This document shows positions 1 to 8,916 of a DNA stretch of 24,832 bases, one piece after another. Within the stretch, counting starts at the first letter, position 1. Each line of letters begins with the position of its first letter. The position numbers and the translations under genes were made by a program. The DNA is taken from positions 1-24,832 of the forward strand of contig JAQTLJ010000001.1 of NCBI GenBank assembly GCA_028714935.1, read 5' to 3'. The notes beneath the pieces were generated by a model that was not told the DNA's origin, searched no databases, and was given only the letters and a program-made list of their open reading frames with translations. This DNA is from Candidatus Margulisiibacteriota bacterium. Lineage in GTDB: Bacteria > Margulisbacteria > WOR-1 > O2-12-FULL-45-9.

Positions 1-779
1 CCCCCCAATGAAGCATATTCATACAGCGGGATCGCCGGCCCATTGACCTGAGTCAGGGCTACCCGGCCGGCAAGAATATGGTCGGGGTGGAAAGGAGCGG
101 CGAATTTCCTGAGATCAAAAGTCAGCCGGGAGAATTGCGCCTGGCTGCCGCCGCCTTTTATGCCGAGGTCCAGTTTGGCCGATATCTCCTCCCCGTTCCT
201 GGGATGCAGGTCCTGGTCGGCGTTATTGATCTCCAGGACCGCGCTCCCAAACATATAATGGCGGGCAAGATCCTGCATGGCCGGCGTTATTGGGTTTGCT
301 CCCTGCCGGACATTAAGAAATGAGTTCATCAGGCAATTGATCCCGCCCTTGATAACCAGATTGGGCAGGAGCGGCCTGGCAAGATAAATTTTCAATAGCT
401 GAAAGTCATTATTATATGTACTGCAATTACCGGCCGAAGTCTTGCCGCCAAAACCGTAAAAATGCTCATCAATATAGCGGCCGCCGGAGATCTCCAGATC
501 GGCCGCCAGGGGAAAAAGAACGCGGTAGCGGCCCGCCTTATCCGGCAAGGAAAAGAGAAAACCGTAATCCCACCCGCCATTCTCATACCAATTGAACAGC
601 AGGTTTAAAGATTCACTTTTATGCAGCAGATCTTTTGCTTCACCCAATACGCCGTAGCCCATCCCGACAGTCGGATCGTAACTGATATAGGGCAGCAGAT
701 TCTTGCTGCTGTTTTCAGCCAGGAGCGGCGCGCCCAAACACAGCAGGCAAAGAACGGCAAGCAAATATCTAAAGCGCAT
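1..779 (-). CDS. Omp85/BamA/TamA-family outer-membrane beta-barrel protein, apparently without POTRA domains (C-terminus runs off the left edge)
   Basis: Not in the ORF track. I translated it by hand from ATG at 779; it is open to the window edge. It starts with a signal peptide (MRFRYLLAVLCLLCLGAPLLA-E), then barrel-like strands (LPYISYDPTVGMGYG, DQDLHPRNG, FSRLTFDLRKF, HILAGRV), and ends in PLYEYASLGG, which normally precedes the Omp85 loop-6 RG motif. Confidence 0.75.
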   Translation of the reverse strand, partial: MRFRYLLAVLCLLCLGAPLLAENSSKNLLPYISYDPTVGMGYGVLGEAKDLLHKSESLNLLFNWYENGGWDYGFLFSLPDKAGRYRVLFPLAADLEISGGRYIDEHFYGFGGKTSAGNCSTYNNDFQLLKIYLARPLLPNLVIKGGINCLMNSFLNVRQGANPITPAMQDLARHYMFGSAVLEINNADQDLHPRNGEEISAKLDLGIKGGGSQAQFSRLTFDLRKFAAPFHPDHILAGRVALTQVNGPAIPLYEYASLG

Positions 780-798
780 CTGTGTTATAATTATAGCA
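780..798. promoter_or_regulatory. Bidirectional pair of extended -10 promoters in a palindrome
   Basis: TATAATTATA (786-795) is a perfect palindrome. The plus strand reads TGtTATAAT (783-791), 6 nt before ATG 798. The minus strand reads TGcTATAAT (798-790), 10 nt before ATG 779. Confidence 0.7.
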
Positions 799-1361
799 TG
801 ATATTAATGATCGATAACTACGACTCTTTCACCTATAATCTCGTCCAATATCTCGGCGAGCTGGGCGAAGAGCTCAAGATCTATCGCAACGACAAAATAA
901 GCATCACGGAGATCGAGAAACTGAGGCCCAAAAGGATCGTCATCTCTCCCGGCCCCGGGACACCAAAAGATGCGGGCCTCTCTGAAGAAGTCATCAGATT
1001 TTTCTCCGGCAAGATCCCGATCCTCGGCGTTTGTCTTGGCCATCAGGCGATCGGCGAGGTTTTTGGCGGCAAGATCATCCGCGCCGGCCGGATCATGCAC
1101 GGCAAGACTTCCGAGATCTATCATGACGGCAAAACGATTTTTAGGAACATCTCCAGCCCTTTTACAGCCACCCGTTACCATTCACTGATGGTCGAGAAAA
1201 AAAGTCTTCCGAAAGTCCTGGAGATCTCTGCCTGGACAAAAGAGGGAGAGATCATGGGTTTAAGACACAAGAAATATCCGGTCGAAGGCGTCCAATTCCA
1301 CCCGGAATCTATCCTGACTTCTTCGGGGAAGCTGCTTTTGAAGAACTTTTTGTCCCTTTAG
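798..1361 (+). CDS. trpG: Anthranilate/aminodeoxychorismate synthase component II (class I glutamine amidotransferase)
   Basis: Motifs MILMIDNYDSFTYNL, ISPGPG, LGVCLGHQ (catalytic Cys), RYHSL and GVQFHPES. I moved the start from 621 to 798 because the longer ORF overlaps the antisense Omp85 gene. TrpG and PabA cannot be told apart from this sequence. Confidence 0.9.
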   Translation: MILMIDNYDSFTYNLVQYLGELGEELKIYRNDKISITEIEKLRPKRIVISPGPGTPKDAGLSEEVIRFFSGKIPILGVCLGHQAIGEVFGGKIIRAGRIMHGKTSEIYHDGKTIFRNISSPFTATRYHSLMVEKKSLPKVLEISAWTKEGEIMGLRHKKYPVEGVQFHPESILTSSGKLLLKNFLSL

Positions 1362-1545
1362 TTTCTTTCTTGCCGTAATCGGTAACGTGAAAACCGGAGC
1401 CCTTAAAGATGATCCCGGCTGGAGAGATCAAGCGGTGGATCGGCCCTTTGCAGATCGGGCAATATTTTAACGGCTCCTCGGAAATCCTTTGCTGGACTTC
1501 AAATACGTGGCCACATTTAGCGCATTTATAATCGTATGAGGGCAT
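1309..1545 (-). CDS. FmdB-family zinc-ribbon protein
   Basis: MPSYDYKCAKCGHVFE...CPICKG...IIFKGSGFHVTDY, with a K/S-rich tail. Its 3' end overlaps trpG by 53 bp. Confidence 0.9.
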   Translation of the reverse strand: MPSYDYKCAKCGHVFEVQQRISEEPLKYCPICKGPIHRLISPAGIIFKGSGFHVTDYGKKETKGTKSSSKAASPKKSG

Positions 1546-1550
1546 GTCTC

Positions 1551-1579
1551 AGATTACCAGAATATCAGAAGGTTTTCAA
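1551..1579 (-). promoter_or_regulatory. Sigma70-type promoter, probably giving a leaderless mRNA
   Basis: Minus strand TTGAAA (1579-1574)-N17-TAATCT (1556-1551), preceded by TG. It lies 5 nt before ATG 1545 and there is no SD. Confidence 0.5.
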
Positions 1580-1585
1580 GAAGCG

Positions 1586-1843
1586 TTAGACGATAGCTGA
1601 AAAAGATGTTTTGTCTGAGGCGCTGGCGCCTTCGACAGGAGAAAGACCCGAGGATCTAAGCGAATAAACATCCTGGAACCCGGGGACCGGCTGCAGCTGC
1701 GCCGTGACTTCATCGAACTTATCGCGCAGCACATCCATAAAATTCGTGCCGGAACCGGAGCCAGAGCCCGAACCGGACGTTCTTGGCCCAATTCTTGACA
1801 GCGTTGGACTGATTTGTCTCCCAATTTGATCTGCACTAGCCAT
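1586..1843 (-). CDS. 85-aa hypothetical protein with a Gly-Ser linker
   Basis: It fills the gap between serS and the FmdB gene. Sequence features are TSGSGSGSGSGT followed by an amphipathic NFMDVLRDKFDEV. The ATG lies 9 nt downstream of a conserved promoter-like motif. I recognise no family. Confidence 0.55.
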   Translation of the reverse strand: MASADQIGRQISPTLSRIGPRTSGSGSGSGSGTNFMDVLRDKFDEVTAQLQPVPGFQDVYSLRSSGLSPVEGASASDKTSFSAIV

Positions 1844-1852
1844 ACAATAATA

Positions 1853-1879
1853 TATCGGATCAAACAGGAAAAAACTTGC
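1853..1879 (-). promoter_or_regulatory. Sigma28 (FliA/SigD/WhiG)-like promoter, copy 1
   Basis: Minus strand GCAAGTT (1879-1873)-N14-CCGATA (1858-1853). It resembles the consensus TAAAGTTT...GCCGATAA and has the same boxes and spacing as copy 2. Confidence 0.6.
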
Positions 1880-1894
1880 GTCCGAACCTAGCAG

Positions 1895-4558
<2,664 letters not shown>

Positions 4559-4562
<4 letters not shown>

Positions 4563-5068
4563 TTAGTCAGGATCTGCGCGGGATTGCCGACAACGGTCGC
4601 TCCGGGCGGGACTGGTTTGGTCACAACGGCCGCCGCCCCGACACGGGCTGAATCGCCGATCTCAATATTGCCCAAAATAATCGCATTGGCGCCGATCACT
4701 ACATCATTACCGATGGTCGGATGGCGTTTCCCCTTCTCCTTGCCGGTGCCGCCCAGCGTCACTCCCTGGAAAATGGTGACATCGTTGCCGATCACCGTTG
4801 TTTCTCCGATCACTACGCCGCAGCCGTGGTCGATGAAAAAGCGCCGGCCGATCTGCGCTCCGGGATGGATCTCGATCAGGGTCAGGAGGCGCATTATCTG
4901 AGAGATCAATCTTGGGAGAAAAGGGATCCGCAGTTTATAAAGCAGATGGGCAAAGCGATGGATCCAAATCGCCCATAACCCCTGGTAAAGCAGTACCTCA
5001 AAAATATTCGCCGCCGCGGGATCCTTTTCAAATATCACCTTAATGTCATCGATCATTTTATCTCTCAC
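4559..5068 (-). CDS. cysE: Serine O-acetyltransferase (short type)
   Basis: [51 protein letters not shown], hexapeptide repeats. The GTG start at 5068 overlaps the upstream stop; ATG at 5056 is an alternative start. Confidence 0.95.
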
Positions 5069-5592
5069 TTCCTGTCAAAAAATGGGTTCTTGCTGGAAAC
5101 TGACAACGGGATACCAAAGGCGACCATGATCTCTTCTCCCAAAAGCTTCATATCCACTGCCGCCTTCCCAATAGTATACATGACCCGGTTATCGAGCCTG
5201 TGATCAGCCGCCACCGAGACCGCGGAACCGACCGCAATGCCCAGGTCAACGGTATTTAACACACACATCGCCCCTGCTTCCTCCGCCTTATCACAGTCCG
5301 GATAACCGCAAAATGAACAGTAACGCAGGCCGATCACCTTTCGCTTGGTGCCGATCAGGACGACCGCCTGCGCGCTCCTGATATTTTCTGCGTCGCGCAG
5401 GAAGGTGTTATGCTTCTCCCGCTCGCCGATCTCCTTCATCTTGGCCGATAGCCTGGCGATATCATCGCCTTTCAGGACAGCGATCTCCAAGAGGTCCAGC
5501 CCGCGGCCTTTGGGCGCGGTCCGCGCCGCCAGGCACATCTCCTGGGCGATCTTTTCGACCGCTTCACCTTTGAATTCCGCTTCTGTTCTCAT
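5065..5592 (-). CDS. DUF2148-like ferredoxin-domain (Fe-S) protein
   Basis: [22 protein letters not shown]...[43 protein letters not shown], recognised from memory as that family. Confidence 0.8.
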   Translation of the reverse strand: MRTEAEFKGEAVEKIAQEMCLAARTAPKGRGLDLLEIAVLKGDDIARLSAKMKEIGEREKHNTFLRDAENIRSAQAVVLIGTKRKVIGLRYCSFCGYPDCDKAEEAGAMCVLNTVDLGIAVGSAVSVAADHRLDNRVMYTIGKAAVDMKLLGEEIMVAFGIPLSVSSKNPFFDRK

Positions 5593-6347
5593 TCCGCCCG
5601 GTGCTTGATCGCGATCTCAGCCATATGCTTGCCGGCCGTAAAATACGGCGAGATCACCCGGTTCGCTCCGGCCTTCTTCAGCTTTTCTTCAGAATCCAGG
5701 AAGCCGGCACGGGCAATGATATACAGTTCCGGGTTCAGGACCCGGGCAGAAAGGGTCACAAACACATTGGCGGTGTCAGAATCGGCCGAAGCGATCAGTC
5801 CCCTGGCCTGCAAGATCCCGGCTTCTTTCAAGATCGCATCCGAAGTAATATCTCCCAAAAGATGGGGAACGCCCTGGGGATCAAGCTCCTGCGCCACTTC
5901 CGGCTTGCTGTCGATCACCACATAAGGGATATTGGCCGCATTGAACTCGATCGCCACCTGGTGCCCCACCCGCCCGAAACCACAGACTATAAAATGGTTC
6001 TTCATCTCCCTGATCATGACTTCCATCTTTTTTCTCCTCCTGTATCCGATGATCTGGCCCTCAACTATCATCTCGATGACCTGTCCGGCGATATAAAGCG
6101 CCGTGGCGACGCCGGTTAGGATAATGCCGATGGTCAGTATCCGGCCGGCCGCGTTCAGGTCGTGCACTTCCCTGAAACCGACAGTGGACAGGGTGATCAC
6201 GACCATATATAAAGCATCGATCAATGTCCAGCCTTCAATGGTCACGTAACCGACGACTCCGACAATGACGATCGCCAGGAGCAGCACTCCCGGTATGATC
6301 AGCCGCCGCAGCGGATTCATTTTTATCAGGAATTGAAAACTGCTCAT
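5589..6347 (-). CDS. Two-TM ion channel with a single RCK-N (TrkA-N) domain
   Basis: TM1, pore helix DALYMVVITLSTVGFRE, TM2, then the Rossmann motif HFIVCGFGRVG, GDITSDAILKEAGI and GANRVISPY. ATG 6347 overlaps the upstream stop (ATGA); ATG 6320 is an alternative. The 6410 start in the ORF track overlaps the upstream gene. Confidence 0.85.
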   Translation of the reverse strand: MSSFQFLIKMNPLRRLIIPGVLLLAIVIVGVVGYVTIEGWTLIDALYMVVITLSTVGFREVHDLNAAGRILTIGIILTGVATALYIAGQVIEMIVEGQIIGYRRRKKMEVMIREMKNHFIVCGFGRVGHQVAIEFNAANIPYVVIDSKPEVAQELDPQGVPHLLGDITSDAILKEAGILQARGLIASADSDTANVFVTLSARVLNPELYIIARAGFLDSEEKLKKAGANRVISPYFTAGKHMAEIAIKHRAE

Positions 6348-6988
6348 TTCAGTAAAAACACCGTAAAATCCCCAAGATGATAGTCGTGCCGCAAAATATA
6401 CCGGCTGCAAATAAACCTGACAAAGTTAACGACTTCGTCCGGCCGGAAATAATAATAGCGTCCCGAATTCAGGTCCTCCAGATCGCTGATCGGCAAAGCC
6501 CCTTCACTTAAGAAATTCACCGCCACCCCATAGTTTACCATATCATACATCCGGAGGAGCATCGATTTTACATGCTCCAGATGGCTTTCATTATCAGTTG
6601 TCCGGATATTAAAGACTCCGCAGCAAAAAATGTAATCGAATTTTTCCGCCGCCCGCTCTTCCAGGATATCTTTCAGCTCAAACCTGGCGTCTGGATATTT
6701 CCTTCTGGCCGCCTCGATCAATTTAGGCGCAATATCACAACCGGCATAGCGGATCTTATGACGATGGAGAGCGCCTTCGGCTTTAAAATAACCGTAAAGG
6801 TCTCCCAGGCCGCAGCCGACATCCAAAACCGAGATATTGGCCGCCTTTTTCCCGTAAACAAAGATCTCTTTTAAGACCTGGAACCTCAGTTTCTGGCTTT
6901 CCGGGCTGTTCCAGTCCAGCGCCAGGTAATTGTCACCGTGCTTTTCCAAGAGGTCTTCAAAATATTCAATCTGTCCGGTTTTGATCAT
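6344..6988 (-). CDS. Class I SAM-dependent methyltransferase
   Basis: Motif I VLDVGCGLGDLY, then YAGCDI and FDYIFCCGVFN. The substrate is unknown. Confidence 0.85.
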   Translation of the reverse strand: MIKTGQIEYFEDLLEKHGDNYLALDWNSPESQKLRFQVLKEIFVYGKKAANISVLDVGCGLGDLYGYFKAEGALHRHKIRYAGCDIAPKLIEAARRKYPDARFELKDILEERAAEKFDYIFCCGVFNIRTTDNESHLEHVKSMLLRMYDMVNYGVAVNFLSEGALPISDLEDLNSGRYYYFRPDEVVNFVRFICSRYILRHDYHLGDFTVFLLK

Positions 6989-7046
6989 TTTTCCGACTAT
7001 TTAGCATATCATTAAAATCTATGCTTGGCAACGAAAAATAATGAAA

Positions 7047-7070
7047 TTTATCTTGTAATCACAAGATAAA
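7047..7070. promoter_or_regulatory. Perfect 10-bp inverted repeat between divergent genes (operator-like)
   Basis: TTTATCTTGT-AATC-ACAAGATAAA. It is AT-rich and has no flanking U-tract. Confidence 0.55.
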
Positions 7071-7097
7071 CAAGTGAGGCTTAAAGGAGAACAAGAA

Positions 7098-7688
7098 ATG
7101 AGCGGATTGGTCCTGGTCGGTGAATGTTATAGCGGCCTGCTCTGCCTGCCCGGCAGCCGATACCGGCGCATCACCCTGGCAACCCCGCAGGCGCTCAAGA
7201 AATTCGATAATCACCCCAAGCTGCAGCAAGCCGTCAATGAAATGACCGACCCCAAAACCGCCAACCCGGCGACCTTTTACATGCTTGGCGTCGTTCCGCA
7301 AGTTTTTCTCGGTGGCAGGGGGCAGATAAGCATCGGAATGCATCTGCGGGAACATTTGGACCAAGAAGCTGCGCTGTATGACAAGGCGCGCCGGGCTTTA
7401 TGCAGTATTGCGCCCGGTGTCCATCGGCTCGTCCTGTTCAAAAAGAACGGGGTTGAGGCCTCTCCCGATATTGCCAGTCTGCCGGATGACCTTTATTCCG
7501 CCATGCTGGCGAAATTAAATGGCGAGCATCGGGACCCTGAATTTAAGAACGTTGTCGCCGTCAGCGTAACCGATGATCCTTTTGACTGCATTGAGACCAG
7601 AGAGGATGGGAATGCGATAAAATTTTCCCGCTCACTTTTGGAAAGGGCCGAATTCTGGGCGCATATTGAAGAAAAAGTGCCAGAATAA
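7098..7688 (+). CDS. Hypothetical protein, possibly a degenerate MraZ/AbrB-fold protein with a C-terminal extension
   Basis: A strong SD (AAAGGAG) lies before ATG 7098. TFYMLGVVPQVFLGGRGQISIGMHLREHL and SIAPGVHRLVLF echo the second MraZ repeat. The CDS is well supported; the fold call is tentative. Confidence 0.5.
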   Translation: MSGLVLVGECYSGLLCLPGSRYRRITLATPQALKKFDNHPKLQQAVNEMTDPKTANPATFYMLGVVPQVFLGGRGQISIGMHLREHLDQEAALYDKARRALCSIAPGVHRLVLFKKNGVEASPDIASLPDDLYSAMLAKLNGEHRDPEFKNVVAVSVTDDPFDCIETREDGNAIKFSRSLLERAEFWAHIEEKVPE

Positions 7689-7691
7689 ATT

Positions 7692-8792
7692 TTAGGCCGC
7701 AGCAGCCGTCAGTTGATCGACCACGATTGCCTCAAAGCTTGGCCTGCCGTTCCTGATAACCGCCGCCCCAAATTGATTGGGAATATTGCCGTGGATTATA
7801 AAGTGATTGATTCCCCTGAAAGATTGATAAGCCCAACCCCGCGCTTCGTCAGGCGTATGGCCGGTCAGAAAATATGTAAATGAGGGTGATGCTCTCAAGC
7901 CCAATTTAGTTATCATCGCCAGTACGTCCCTGATGACATAATACCGCTCCGCCTTTTCAGGTTTAACCCTAACTATTTCGGCCAGGTCCTTTTCTTCAAT
8001 GTGCCGATTGACCAGCAGCTGCTTGAACACGCTGGCATCGTTCCTTGCGTTGACTAGTTCGGCTTGGGTAATTCCGCCCCGCACGATACCGGCATGGGAC
8101 AGATAGGTGGCCCCCTGACCTCCCTCTATGATCACCGCCAGAGCACAGCCGTCAAAAAATGCCTGGTAGGCGGCCGCATAGCGGCTAATATTGTCTTGAG
8201 AATACCCTTCTTGTTTCAGGAAATCCTGAAGATAAAAGTAAAATGCTATAGCCTGAGGGACCCCACCCTTTGCTTCGTTCATCTGAAAATCCTTTGATTT
8301 GATCACATCGTGGTTGCCCAGTAAAAAATGAACCTGCTCGGGGAACATCTGTTTCAAACGGATGACAGTATTGAGCACCTGCAGTGAAGACCGCATCTCG
8401 CCAAGCCCGTTGGGATTTTCGGGATGGATCGCATCTCCCAGAAAAACCAGGTTGATTTCCCCGGCCGCCAGCCTGGCTCCGTATTTCCTTAATATTGCAT
8501 CAAGCCGGGCGGCATTGCCGTGCAGGTCGCCGACAACAACAGTTTCTCTAGCGGCGTTCAATTTTATAAGCGCTCCCCGCCTGACAAATAATTGGCTGGT
8601 GACCTTGGCTTCATCTGCCAAGTAACTTACAATGTGAATTAATTCCGATAATTGAAAAGTATGACTAAGGTTGGCCACGTTCAGCCGGCGGTAGACTTCA
8701 GAGATTTTATGGCTGACTCCGGGCAGAAGGCTTTTTAAGCCGGAGACCGCTTTCTTCCAGAATGATGGTTGTGCTGCCGCAACATTTGCCAT
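7692..8792 (-). CDS. Calcineurin-like (PPP-type) metallophosphoesterase with an N-terminal extension
   Basis: Metal-binding motifs VGDLHGN, FLGDAIH, LLGNHD, LSHAG and TGHTP. A GGGGG SD lies 11 nt before ATG 8792. Confidence 0.85.
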   Translation of the reverse strand: MANVAAAQPSFWKKAVSGLKSLLPGVSHKISEVYRRLNVANLSHTFQLSELIHIVSYLADEAKVTSQLFVRRGALIKLNAARETVVVGDLHGNAARLDAILRKYGARLAAGEINLVFLGDAIHPENPNGLGEMRSSLQVLNTVIRLKQMFPEQVHFLLGNHDVIKSKDFQMNEAKGGVPQAIAFYFYLQDFLKQEGYSQDNISRYAAAYQAFFDGCALAVIIEGGQGATYLSHAGIVRGGITQAELVNARNDASVFKQLLVNRHIEEKDLAEIVRVKPEKAERYYVIRDVLAMITKLGLRASPSFTYFLTGHTPDEARGWAYQSFRGINHFIIHGNIPNQFGAAVIRNGRPSFEAIVVDQLTAAAA

Positions 8793-8820
8793 TAAATGTA
8801 AATCCCCCTGTTAATATTAT

Positions 8821-8847
8821 TATCGGTTTTTAGCCCTAATAACTTGC
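8821..8847 (-). promoter_or_regulatory. Sigma28-like promoter, copy 2
   Basis: Minus strand GCAAGTT (8847-8841)-N14-CCGATA (8826-8821), followed by ATAAT and then the SD of the phosphoesterase gene. Confidence 0.6.
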
Positions 8848-8916
8848 ACAAAAACGCGTTCAAAAAGTGAAATTTTTGGCAATAAATCCGGATATTTTAA
8901 TGGGTGTTCCAATAAA

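Noticed and set aside
78-586. Short ORFs 78..323 (+) and 392..586 (-)
   Set aside because: They are shadow or off-frame ORFs within the Omp85 gene.
621-797. 59-aa N-terminal extension of trpG in the ORF track
   Set aside because: It is antisense to the Omp85 gene. The family N-terminus (MILMIDNYD) and a -10 box both point to ATG 798.
1586-1843. FlgM or FliE identity for the 85-aa protein
   Set aside because: Only a short F.D.L helix resembles FliE. The conserved C-terminal motifs of both families are absent.
1576-1863. Alternative 95-aa ORF
   Set aside because: Its start lies inside the promoter motif and its composition is not protein-like. The 1843 start fits the motif spacing.
8860-8900. 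Third sigma28-like site upstream of the 541-aa gene (TGAAATT-N14-CGGATA)
   Set aside because: Both boxes deviate from the two exact copies, so the match is too weak to call.
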